The translations under genes and the position numbers were made by a program. Below, piece after piece: positions 26,305-35,330 of a stretch of DNA of 64,000 nucleotides (its first letter is position 1; each line of letters begins with the position of its first letter). The notes beneath the pieces were generated by a model. That model was not told where the DNA came from. It made no database searches and saw nothing but the letters and a program-made list of their open reading frames with translations. The stretch covers positions 7,092 to 71,091 of IMG/VR virus record IMGVR_UViG_3300034073_002951; one strand, given 5' to 3'. Origin of the DNA: a virus.

Positions 26305-27093
26305 TTATGAATTGAATAGGTCATCAAATGCCGAAGCTACATCATCTACTTTTTGAGTAGATTTTTCGGTAGATTTTGGTGTCACAGAAAGAGTTTGTTC
26401 TGTAACGGATTCCGCCGCATCTTCACTATCTGTTGATGAACTACTTGGGTTTAACCAACTTTCCAAAACATCTTTCAATTCATCATACGAAAGTTCTTGA
26501 TACAATTCAGTAATTTCCGTTTGACTATTTAGGAAGTTTTGAAGATTGTCACCTTCTGCAAGTGGTGACTGATTTGGTTTGACTCTAATTGTGGTAGTTG
26601 GATATGATGTTCCAGCATCTTCTGCGGATACATATTCGATTGTTAAATCTCTACCACTTACTGGATCGGTGATGTCTCCGTAATCAGGGTCTGCGATATA
26701 ACCAAGAATCTCTTGATAAACGGTTTTACCGAATCCCCAAAAACGAACTCCTTCACCTTCTTCACCACGAACGATGATTGGAACAAAAGTACGGAGTTTT
26801 GGTTCCATAGATTTTGCTGCTTTCCAATCTTCTTTATCACCCATTCGTTTGAGTTTGTCAGCAAACTCTACAATCGGGTCAGGTCTACCAAAAGATTGTG
26901 GGGAAAGGTAAGTTTTATTGTTGATGTTGTAGTGAAAGTAAAGTTCAATGAACGGATTGTCAGTATTGAACTTATAAGGAACAATTCGGACTTGATGTTT
27001 ACCGGGAGTTGGTTTCCAAAGTGCGTCCGACTTTTTCTGTGTATTTTGCAGTTTGTTCAGTCTGCCTCTGATTGCATTAAGGTCAATTGCCAT
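26305..27093 (-). CDS. Single-stranded DNA-binding protein (gp32-like)
   Basis: WKP...VRIVP, WGFGKTVY, DITDPVSGRDL, acidic tail ending AFDDLF; adjacent to recA. Confidence 0.8.
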   Translation of the reverse strand: MAIDLNAIRGRLNKLQNTQKKSDALWKPTPGKHQVRIVPYKFNTDNPFIELYFHYNINNKTYLSPQSFGRPDPIVEFADKLKRMGDKEDWKAAKSMEPKLRTFVPIIVRGEEGEGVRFWGFGKTVYQEILGYIADPDYGDITDPVSGRDLTIEYVSAEDAGTSYPTTTIRVKPNQSPLAEGDNLQNFLNSQTEITELYQELSYDELKDVLESWLNPSSSSTDSEDAAESVTEQTLSVTPKSTEKSTQKVDDVASAFDDLFNS

Positions 27094-27190
27094 GATGTTT
27101 TACCTCGTTATGTTTTAGTGTTTTAGTGTTTAAGTGACAACCATTTGGTTGTACTAATATATATGATGTAATCATATTTTCGTTTGTTTT

Positions 27191-27859
27191 TTAGACAATT
27201 ATTTTGGTTTCGGTATCAATTATTAGATTGATTGGTTTGTTAGTGTACTGATACATTTCATTCAAATTAGAACCGTTAATAAAGAGTGTATTTCGTGTTT
27301 GTAATTCACCATAACCTTCGTGGATATGACCAAAAGTATGAATGAGTGGTTTAATGTCATCTACTCTTTTACGGAGTAATTCACATCCTGCATTCTCATT
27401 ATTACGAATAGTTTTATCCAAAATACCGAAAGGAGGGCCGTGGGTAATCAAAATGTCAGTATCATCTGGTATCATACTCCATTTATGTTCTAACTCTTCT
27501 CCATTTCTTGGTAAGTTAAATGCCCAATTATGAAACCAAGGTTGGTAAGGAGACCCATAAATTTTTAATCCTTCAATAGTTATCGCCATATCATTTAGAT
27601 AAAAGAGATTATTGTAAGAAAGAAGATTGAGTGAGGATACTTTTTCTCTTTCAAAAAAGAAGTCATGGTTACCTGCGATAAAAACTTTGTATCTATAAGG
27701 TAGTTCAGAAAACCATTCTAAAAAGTAAAGGATTTCTCCTTTATTACCCGTACTACTTACATCACCACAATGTATAAGGAGGTCACCACCGATTAAGTTA
27801 TCGGTAAGTTTGTGGTGTCTGACATGAGTATCGGATATGATAGTTGTATTAAGTATCAT
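27191..27859 (-). CDS. Calcineurin-like metallophosphoesterase
   Basis: ISDTH, HCGD, AGNHD, THGPP, GHIHE. Start set at ATG 27859 because a promoter overlaps the longer ORF. Confidence 0.88.
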   Translation of the reverse strand: MILNTTIISDTHVRHHKLTDNLIGGDLLIHCGDVSSTGNKGEILYFLEWFSELPYRYKVFIAGNHDFFFEREKVSSLNLLSYNNLFYLNDMAITIEGLKIYGSPYQPWFHNWAFNLPRNGEELEHKWSMIPDDTDILITHGPPFGILDKTIRNNENAGCELLRKRVDDIKPLIHTFGHIHEGYGELQTRNTLFINGSNLNEMYQYTNKPINLIIDTETKIIV

Positions 27860-27865
27860 ACCTAT

Positions 27866-27894
27866 AATATAACCATAATAAAACAATTTGTCAA
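27866..27894 (-). promoter_or_regulatory. sigma70-type promoter TTGACA-N17-TATATT (possibly leaderless transcript)
   Basis: The -10 box ends 7 nt before ATG 27859. Confidence 0.7.
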
Positions 27895-27895
27895 G

Positions 27896-28288
27896 TTATT
27901 TTGCCCACTTACCTGATTTAACAATTTGGCCAATTATACCGTATACAGACAAATCCATTAAAGTATCATCTATTTTTTCACCAACATTTTCCTTTTTACC
28001 CAATACAACAAGTTGTTTTAGTCTTTGAATTTTATCATTCATTCTAAACCAAAGGCCTGTTTGAGCAAGTTTAATGTCATCAAGAGTTTTGAGTGCAGTT
28101 CCAACTGCTATATTATCTGGTCCGTAATTAGATTGTTTGAGGCAAAATAGTTCATATTGGGTAAACATAATACGTTTAAACTCATCAGTCATTTGTGGAT
28201 ACTGACTTTCCATTTGTTCCACAACCTGTGGATGTTCGTATTTTATAAATGAAATTTCTTCATCTGCGGAAACTTTTCTTTTAATCAT
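27896..28288 (-). CDS. DUF1599 / nucleotide-modification-associated domain 1 protein
   Basis: KQSNYG...RMNDKIQRL...DTLMDLSVYGII. Confidence 0.7.
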   Translation of the reverse strand: MIKRKVSADEEISFIKYEHPQVVEQMESQYPQMTDEFKRIMFTQYELFCLKQSNYGPDNIAVGTALKTLDDIKLAQTGLWFRMNDKIQRLKQLVVLGKKENVGEKIDDTLMDLSVYGIIGQIVKSGKWAK

Positions 28289-28313
28289 AGTTTTTAAAGT
28301 TAAATTTTATTTA

Positions 28314-28342
28314 AATATAAGAATTAATATTTTAAATGTCAA
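28314..28342 (-). promoter_or_regulatory. sigma70-type promoter TTGACA-N17-TATATT
   Basis: Consensus hexamers, 17-nt spacer. Confidence 0.75.
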
Positions 28343-28343
28343 A

Positions 28344-28745
28344 TTAATTTTGAGAAAATTCAATTATTTTAAAAATACGTGTACTAATTTTTTTTGTTCC
28401 TTCCGTATTTGTAACAATAATACAATTTTTATATTTTTCCCAATTTAATTCGAATTCTTTACTTAATACACCTTCATTTTCTTCTTTAATTAACTCATTA
28501 AGGGCATTTATAGTGTAAAGGGTGTTTGATTGTTTTTTACGGTGTACCAGTATAGTATTTTCAAGAGGTTTTTGTGGTTTTTTGGTAGTATCTATGTTAA
28601 ATGTAATATATAATTCATCTAAATTAGATTTATTTTGTAATATATAAATGTAATTATAAACAATCGTATAGGTTTCTCTTATTTCTTGTAATATCTGATT
28701 TATATTATCCTTATCCGTAAACGTACATAATAACTGAGTTTGCAT
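28344..28745 (-). CDS. Conserved phage hypothetical protein
   Basis: TQLLCTF...VHRKKQSNTLYTINALN; preceded by the ATATTTATA motif. Confidence 0.6.
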   Translation of the reverse strand: MQTQLLCTFTDKDNINQILQEIRETYTIVYNYIYILQNKSNLDELYITFNIDTTKKPQKPLENTILVHRKKQSNTLYTINALNELIKEENEGVLSKEFELNWEKYKNCIIVTNTEGTKKISTRIFKIIEFSQN

Positions 28746-28810
28746 TTTTTATCTCTCTTCTAATTTTAATCTTATATAAATATAAGATTTCGTTTGGAGA
28801 GATATTATTA

Positions 28811-30967
28811 TTATTGATTACTTTGAAAACACTTTTGAGTTTCTTTATCCCACTGATATGTCGTTTGGAGTTTGCCACTTTCTCCAGCTTTACTTCTTTG
28901 TGTTTTATATGCAACTTTTATTCTTTTTCCACCCTTTGTCACTGCATAAACAAAAATATTTCTTCCAGTAATCTGACCTGTTTCTCTATTGATGATTACT
29001 TCATCTTCTTTTTCAGGAGTGCCAACTTCAAAATGAGAAATAAAATCATCAGTATTATCAGTATTTAAACAAGTTTTTAGTTGGTCGGGTTCAACAATGA
29101 CACCACCCATATTAACATCAAACAAACCTGTATATTTCCCAACTCCCTCACCACTCTCACCATCTATTACACCTATATGTAATTTATCTATTATATTTTT
29201 TGCTTCAATATAATCACCAAGAGGTTTGGAGTCTCCATTAGGTAGAGTAATGCTTGTTTCATTTAATTTTCTATGAGTATTTCTTTGGATTTCCAAACTT
29301 TCTTCTCGTATTTTACCTAAATTTGCAGAAATATCATATCCTTGTTGTTTAGCAGATCTATAAAGTAATTTCAATTGGTCGGAGGTCATTTCTCCTTCTC
29401 TATTATCATCACCTGCAAATTCGTAAAATGCCTTTAATAATTGTTCTTCTGTATATGGTTCTTCTTGTTGAGGTAAATATGGAAGAAGATTTGAATGAGG
29501 TTTTCCCCTTGAAAGAAGTGATTTTAACTTATTACTAACTTTTGCCTTACCTGTAATTCCTTTATCAGATTTAATATCATTTAAAATTTGACTAATATCA
29601 CCATTTGCTAATTCTCTTGCTGGTTGATTTGCTGCTTGTTCTAATTCATTTTCTTTTTGATTTAATAAATCCTGTCCCTGTGATATAATCTGATTTGCCT
29701 GTTCTTTGATTTGTGGAGGTAAATCACTTTCTTCTACTATTTTTTTAGCGTTTTCTGCTTCTTGGTTAGGTGTTGAGTTTGCTTGTATATCAGAAAGTGA
29801 GATTTTATCGGAATGAAATGAAACCATTGCCCTTCCCCTTTCATCTACCGTTATAGTTGATGTATCACTTGGATTTTCACCACCACCACTATTTTTAATA
29901 AAGTTCAACAAAACATCTTTTGGAACCTCAACCCCATCTCTTGTGTAAAACGGCCCGTCAAGACTTTCTATAAGTTCCATTTGTTTTTGAATAGAAACTT
30001 CATGCCCATAATAACTTCTTGTAGTCGTTGGATCTGATAATTTACCTTGAGATTTTAAATTTTGAATACCCTTTTGATTTCTTTCCCATTTTTTTCTTCC
30101 ACTTTTAGCAACTGATTTTAACATAGAAAGTAAATCTTTGTTATATCCAGCATACTTACCAGAACTTGAAACAGTTTCACTTCCTAATTCTTTACCCAAT
30201 TCTGTGTCTTTAATTTGATTATAAAGTTTTAAGGTTAATTCGTCATCTGACATATTTGGATTTTGGTCTAAATGAAATTTTGCCTCTCCTGAAAGAATTT
30301 CAGCTGTCATTGATGAGACATTACCTGGTGCAGGTTTAAACTTTTCTTTATTTTTAGTTCCGAAATTAAGAGCCATTTGCTTTATTTCACCATCAGATAA
30401 TTCATCATCAACATCTGAAACGGAACTATCTTCAGGAACAATCCGTGTTGTGTCAACTATTTTTTTAGTGGTTTTCTTTTCTTCTTTGTCAGTTTTTGTT
30501 TTAATATCAGGTGCATGACTAAATGAAGCCTTACCTTTTACATTTTGTTGTGGTTCTTGTGTCTCACCTTCTTCACCAACTTCACCACTATCACCGCTCT
30601 TTTCAGGTTTTGGTTCTTCACCACTTACTTCTGCAGCATCTTTTTCAAACTCACCTGGTTTTACAGGTCTAATTTGGTCTTTATCTGCTTTATGAGTAGC
30701 AGGTTTTTCACCATTTTTGGAATAATAACCAAACGCGATATGTTGTAGTCCCATATCCTTAGCTTGTTTAGCTGCGGAAGTGGAAACTGAACCTTTTTCG
30801 GTAAGTAGATTTTCTAATAATTCGTGTTTAATTTCACCCAAACCCCACTCGGTAAGAATTTCAGAAAGTATCCAAATGTGTTCTCTATTCTGTAAATTTG
30901 GTATTCCTTCTTTTGAACGAATTGAAAGTTCTTCTATGAGGTTTTCTATGAGGTATGATATATTCAT
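28811..30967 (-). CDS. Large hypothetical protein, possibly virion-internal
   Basis: 718-aa ORF with a Glu-rich N-terminus, a low-complexity charged linker and a globular C-terminal part. Confidence 0.55.
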   Translation of the reverse strand: MNISYLIENLIEELSIRSKEGIPNLQNREHIWILSEILTEWGLGEIKHELLENLLTEKGSVSTSAAKQAKDMGLQHIAFGYYSKNGEKPATHKADKDQIRPVKPGEFEKDAAEVSGEEPKPEKSGDSGEVGEEGETQEPQQNVKGKASFSHAPDIKTKTDKEEKKTTKKIVDTTRIVPEDSSVSDVDDELSDGEIKQMALNFGTKNKEKFKPAPGNVSSMTAEILSGEAKFHLDQNPNMSDDELTLKLYNQIKDTELGKELGSETVSSSGKYAGYNKDLLSMLKSVAKSGRKKWERNQKGIQNLKSQGKLSDPTTTRSYYGHEVSIQKQMELIESLDGPFYTRDGVEVPKDVLLNFIKNSGGGENPSDTSTITVDERGRAMVSFHSDKISLSDIQANSTPNQEAENAKKIVEESDLPPQIKEQANQIISQGQDLLNQKENELEQAANQPARELANGDISQILNDIKSDKGITGKAKVSNKLKSLLSRGKPHSNLLPYLPQQEEPYTEEQLLKAFYEFAGDDNREGEMTSDQLKLLYRSAKQQGYDISANLGKIREESLEIQRNTHRKLNETSITLPNGDSKPLGDYIEAKNIIDKLHIGVIDGESGEGVGKYTGLFDVNMGGVIVEPDQLKTCLNTDNTDDFISHFEVGTPEKEDEVIINRETGQITGRNIFVYAVTKGGKRIKVAYKTQRSKAGESGKLQTTYQWDKETQKCFQSNQ

Positions 30968-30973
30968 TTTTTA

Positions 30974-32101
30974 TTATTTTTGTACCCAACTTGTACCATT
31001 ATGAAAATAAAGGTCTGAACCTGAAACTGCCAACATACCCAATTGTCCTGTTGGGAGAGGATCGGAAGGTGAAAGTGAAAGAGTTTGTGTTATACTTACC
31101 GAACCCGTTACAGAATATGAACCAGAAAGTTCGGTAGTTGTTCTATAATACCCACTACCACTATCCCACATAATCAACTCACCTTGTGTAAGGTTATTGA
31201 TTTGGACATCATTTATATCTTGTACTCTCGGGCCTAATGAAGGTCTAACAAGTAAGTTCGCGTTATTACCATTTACAGTTGTTAGAACTGCGATTGTAGA
31301 TTTTAAATTTGGTGTACTTGGTGGAATTGTTGTTAAACCACCTGGTCTGATTGGATCTGGATAAAGTATATCTCCTTCTCCCCAATTGTCATTTGTGTCT
31401 TTAAGACCCACTTGTTCCAATGTACTTATTGATACTTCTCTTACTTGTCCGAACCAAGAAACATATCCTTGTTCGTTTTGTAAAATTGATTGATGAGTTA
31501 CGCCCATTATCAAATCAGCACGATAAGTTCCATCGGTTACCGCTCTAACTACTCTTAATCTTTGTCCTTGAGCGACATCATTTGGATCAACCATGACCAA
31601 AGTTCCTTTTGGTAAAGTAATAGTATCACCATTAACAACATAAGGGTATATTAATTCTTCACCGATACTAACGGATACACCATCTGTTAATCCAACATCA
31701 AGTGTTCCATTTGTTGGATCCCACCACAATCTTCCTGTTTGTGGAGTTACATTATTGGTGAGTTCAAAATCAATCCACTCTGGTGTAGAAATAGAACCAG
31801 TAACATAAATTGAACCTGTAAAAGTGTGGGTGTCATCAAGAGAGTCACCAAAAATGGTAGAACCACTTTGAAATATAATAGACGATGAAACTAACTGTGA
31901 AACTACAAGGTCACCGTTGATAAATACATTACCGTTAAATACCGCACCCGATGATGTTATTGGTAAATTGGATGCAAGGATAAAAGTACCTAAAGTTCCC
32001 GTGGTTACTCTTCGGGTAGAATTAGCATTTACTATCGGTAGTAAATCACTTAACTGTAAAGTTTCGTGTAAATAAAGTTCTGAAATTTTTAAATCCGCCA
32101 T
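30974..32101 (-). CDS. Putative structural/fibre-associated protein
   Basis: MADLKISEL N-terminus; SGSTIFGDSLDDTHTFTGS and TGS motifs like the fibre genes. Confidence 0.6.
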   Translation of the reverse strand: MADLKISELYLHETLQLSDLLPIVNANSTRRVTTGTLGTFILASNLPITSSGAVFNGNVFINGDLVVSQLVSSSIIFQSGSTIFGDSLDDTHTFTGSIYVTGSISTPEWIDFELTNNVTPQTGRLWWDPTNGTLDVGLTDGVSVSIGEELIYPYVVNGDTITLPKGTLVMVDPNDVAQGQRLRVVRAVTDGTYRADLIMGVTHQSILQNEQGYVSWFGQVREVSISTLEQVGLKDTNDNWGEGDILYPDPIRPGGLTTIPPSTPNLKSTIAVLTTVNGNNANLLVRPSLGPRVQDINDVQINNLTQGELIMWDSGSGYYRTTTELSGSYSVTGSVSITQTLSLSPSDPLPTGQLGMLAVSGSDLYFHNGTSWVQK

Positions 32102-32319
32102 ATTATCCTACCGCCTCGTTCGCGTTCACTTTGTTCTTGTAAAATGTAAAATCCATTTTCTTGTAATAAAAAATCACTTTGACCTTTTTGTAACCAAAGT
32201 GTATTTTCTTCTAATGCTTCATATTGACTTAACCACAAATTATAGTTTGCAACCATTTCATTGAGTTGCATATGATGTTTGTGTTGTTCGTAGTATTTTT
32301 GCCAAGATATGAATTCCAT
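32089..32319 (-). CDS. Small hypothetical protein
   Basis: LLQENGFYILQE motif; ATATTTATA motif immediately upstream. Confidence 0.55.
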   Translation of the reverse strand: MEFISWQKYYEQHKHHMQLNEMVANYNLWLSQYEALEENTLWLQKGQSDFLLQENGFYILQEQSERERGGRIIWRI

Positions 32320-32338
32320 ATCTATAAATATAAAAATT

Positions 32339-32938
32339 TTATTTACACTCTACCTCGTATTCATTCCAAGGTTTGGTAGGTGGTTCGTTCAAGAAATAAT
32401 AACATTGCCACTTTTGGGTACTACGGAAATAAATTCTTTTGTAGAACGCATCAGGAATTTCTGCTCCTGTTGGTAATACCTGTGGTACGTCATCAAAAAT
32501 AACATCCACTCTTACATCCAACTCACCAAATACTTCAGCCCATTCTCTTTCTTTTTCTTCCAACAATCTCCACTGAACTCTATTCAATTTTTGATGTTGA
32601 AGTGCTGAATTTAGATATGTAAATGTTTGTGCTAAATTTTGTTTTGTATCAGCAAAATGAGCGGCAGGAGCCATATGTCCTTTATCCCATTCGTTCTTTA
32701 CATAATCAGCGTTATTAGAAGTATGGTAATCACTTTCTTCAAAGAAATCCATTCCCTTTCTATCTGCTCCCTTTGTAATTTTTCTAACCGTATATTCTAC
32801 CCAAAGTGGCTGTTCTTTGGTTTCAGAATACATGATTCTAAATATAGGTTTTTCAACCAATACTGAATCTCGGAGTTGAGCATAAGTTGAAGATGTTAAA
32901 ATAAAAAGTGTTAGAAGTAATGCTGATATTTTTTTCAT
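32339..32938 (-). CDS. Secreted DNA/RNA non-specific endonuclease (NucA/Serratia-type)
   Basis: Signal peptide MKKISALLLTLFILTSSTYA/Q; PLWVEY, DKGHMAPA, TFTYLN, LNR..WRLLE, IPDAFYK. Confidence 0.88.
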   Translation of the reverse strand: MKKISALLLTLFILTSSTYAQLRDSVLVEKPIFRIMYSETKEQPLWVEYTVRKITKGADRKGMDFFEESDYHTSNNADYVKNEWDKGHMAPAAHFADTKQNLAQTFTYLNSALQHQKLNRVQWRLLEEKEREWAEVFGELDVRVDVIFDDVPQVLPTGAEIPDAFYKRIYFRSTQKWQCYYFLNEPPTKPWNEYEVECK

Positions 32939-33084
32939 AATTTATAATTTAATTTTTCGTGCAAATAAAGTTTTATTCTTCCCCAAAATGTTTTTTGGAG
33001 GTCTTGTTTTTTACGAATGATTTCCCTTTGTTGAAGATATAAAGCAATTTGTCTTTTTTGCTTTTCGGATAATTTTTCTAACAT
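32935..33084 (-). CDS. Small basic hypothetical protein (49 aa; not in ORF track)
   Basis: MLEKLSEKQKRQIALYLQQREIIRKKQDLQKTFWGRIKLYLHEKLNYKL; its stop overlaps the nuclease start as ATGA. Confidence 0.5.
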   Translation of the reverse strand: MLEKLSEKQKRQIALYLQQREIIRKKQDLQKTFWGRIKLYLHEKLNYKL

Positions 33085-33159
33085 ACCTATAACTTTCCAT
33101 ATATCTCCGTTTTGTTAAAATTCGTAACCAATTTTTATATAAATATATAAAAATGAGTT

Positions 33160-33993
33160 TTATAGTCCGTATTTTGATTTATCTGCATTGTAATTATCTA
33201 ATACTTCGGCCGATGATAACGCCTTTTTGTATAATCGATTTATACCAATTCTACCCCCAAAGTTTTGTGCATATTCACCACCGTTGTATCTACCCAAGTA
33301 TAAAGGATTTGTTGAATTTAAAATACTACTCATACTTGTTGAAATTGTACCTATTGATGTACCATTTATAAAGGTTTCTAAACTTACTCCGGGTTTCCAA
33401 ACATAAACGGCTTGATACCATGTATTTGCTGAAATTGTATAAGAAGTTGAATTTACATAATCAACATTTAAAACACCACCTGTCCCATCACCAATTTGTG
33501 CAAATAAACTAGCGTTACTAATTCTGATTGAGTAAGATACATCGGTAGAACTACCACCATCATCAAATTTACCTAATACAACCGAACTACCAACTGTACT
33601 TGTTTTATAAAACCAAACTTCCATTGTAAATTCACCACTACCAGGTTCTAATGTTGGGTTATCTGCAACACTAACTTGTGAGTCTGTTCCGTTATATGTA
33701 AAATATGGTGATGTAAACGATATATTTGACATCGTTCCATTTCTACTCGGGTCACCCAATCCTATGGGATACCCACTTATATCTGTAATAGTAGTACCAG
33801 TTCCTGAATACGATGTTACATCGGATGGGTCAAAGTATAATACCAAGTCATCAAATAATACACTACCACCTCCGCCTAAGTTTGAACCACTGATAATTCC
33901 AGCAGTTCCTAAAAAGTCCTCAATTATATTATAAGAACCATCACTAACCATTTGTAATTTAGTGATGAATGCGTTTGAAATTTGAATAGCCAA
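33160..33993 (-). CDS. LamG/concanavalin-A-like lectin domain protein (probably virion)
   Basis: LVLYFD...SYSGTGT, FTMEVWF, WYQAVYVW, LYLGR, RLYKKALSSAEV; TTG start with GGAG. Confidence 0.8.
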   Translation of the reverse strand: MAIQISNAFITKLQMVSDGSYNIIEDFLGTAGIISGSNLGGGGSVLFDDLVLYFDPSDVTSYSGTGTTITDISGYPIGLGDPSRNGTMSNISFTSPYFTYNGTDSQVSVADNPTLEPGSGEFTMEVWFYKTSTVGSSVVLGKFDDGGSSTDVSYSIRISNASLFAQIGDGTGGVLNVDYVNSTSYTISANTWYQAVYVWKPGVSLETFINGTSIGTISTSMSSILNSTNPLYLGRYNGGEYAQNFGGRIGINRLYKKALSSAEVLDNYNADKSKYGL

Positions 33994-34028
33994 GTTTATA
34001 TCTCCATTAATACTCTATATAAGTATTA

Positions 34029-35294
34029 TTAAACTTCACTATAATTCTTACCCCAACTTACCTTTGTTGGAAATCCGAAACTTTCCAAGACGGACTTAAT
34101 CTCCATTGCCTTTTCAGTACCCCAATCTCCTTCGTATTCAAACAGAAACGAGTCATATACATAAAGGAGTGGTAGAGGTAGGTTCTTATCCATTAACCCC
34201 CTTAAAACCGAAATATTGTATTCTGTTTCAGTTGCTTGAAGTAAATAGTTAAACACTTTTTGGGGAGTTGGATTTTCAACCCAAGAAAGTGGTATTCTTC
34301 TTCCCTTTCCCGTTTGTAAATACCCCACACTCTGTATTCCCTCCCATAGGGTGTGAATAAATTCGTCTACCTTTTGAAAGAATGGAATTTGTCGGTCTTC
34401 GTCACTCACCCCACCGTAAAGAATACGAAAGGTTCTTCCTTTGGAGTCATCGTAAGACACTCCATATTGGTCTGCTAACCACTGGTGAACGGAAGTTTGA
34501 GGTAAAGTATACCCAATAAGTTTTCCGATGATACGGACGTGATAAGCGTCATAATCAAATTGTAAAAAGAGATGGTCTTCTCTCGGTATAAAGATTTCAC
34601 GTGTGTGGTCTTTGGGGATAGCAGAAAAGTTGATACCACCGTGTCTGTTAGAAGGACGGGAGGTTACCGTATACGGGTTGTATTGAGTAAATACGAACTC
34701 GTTATTGTGGAGATGTTTTTGAGAGTTAGGCCATCTATCAAGAAATTTTTCCGTATCGACCCTGATGGGGGATTTCTCCAATTCTGAAAGGATGGGGATT
34801 AGGTCTTTATCTACCAAATTTTGGTCGGTATTTGGATTTGTTGGTAAACCTTGGAAAAGAGTATCCAAGTATTCCCCCCACTTCATTATTGGAGTATTTT
34901 TACCCAAATTTTCTTTTATACCCTTTCGGTTATAATCTATAATGAAAGGTTGTTCTCTATACTCGTTCGGGTATAAATTGTTGGTTGAAAAGAAGTAGTG
35001 AGTTTGAATATCGTGTAGATTTTGAATACCCAACTCCGTTTGTAATACCGACTTTTTATCCCATACCCACTTTGGTTGTGTGGAGTTTGATAAGTCAATT
35101 TGAATAGGTAGACAGTCGATATGATTGAAAGGCAAAATATAAGAATGACCTTCTATTCTTACATAAAGGAAAGAGAGGGGATTGGTTATGGGATGCCTCT
35201 CTAAATCAGTCCATATAGGAATGAGTAGAGAGGGTTTAGTTTCCCATAATCGTAAGAAGTCTTGGATTTCGTCTTTGGTTTCTACAATATTCAC
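34029..35294 (-). CDS. Short divergent family A DNA polymerase-like protein
   Basis: TSRPSN, motif A FDYDAYHVRII, motif B-like KGRTFRILYGG, NYLLQATETE, motif C YVYDSFLF. Confidence 0.75.
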   Translation of the reverse strand: MNIVETKDEIQDFLRLWETKPSLLIPIWTDLERHPITNPLSFLYVRIEGHSYILPFNHIDCLPIQIDLSNSTQPKWVWDKKSVLQTELGIQNLHDIQTHYFFSTNNLYPNEYREQPFIIDYNRKGIKENLGKNTPIMKWGEYLDTLFQGLPTNPNTDQNLVDKDLIPILSELEKSPIRVDTEKFLDRWPNSQKHLHNNEFVFTQYNPYTVTSRPSNRHGGINFSAIPKDHTREIFIPREDHLFLQFDYDAYHVRIIGKLIGYTLPQTSVHQWLADQYGVSYDDSKGRTFRILYGGVSDEDRQIPFFQKVDEFIHTLWEGIQSVGYLQTGKGRRIPLSWVENPTPQKVFNYLLQATETEYNISVLRGLMDKNLPLPLLYVYDSFLFEYEGDWGTEKAMEIKSVLESFGFPTKVSWGKNYSEV

Positions 35295-35300
35295 AAATGA

Positions 35301-35329
35301 AAGATACGAAATAAAAATACAAAAGTCAA
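35301..35329 (-). promoter_or_regulatory. sigma70-type promoter TTGACT-N17-TATCTT (possibly leaderless transcript)
   Basis: The -10 box ends 7 nt before GTG 35294. Confidence 0.7.
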
Positions 35330-35330
35330 A

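Noticed and set aside
32935-33100. Small basic ORF as ribosomal protein bS21; alternative 29-aa ORF from ATG 33100
   Set aside because: No bS21 signature is present. The 49-aa frame is preferred because of its ATGA coupling to the nuclease gene.
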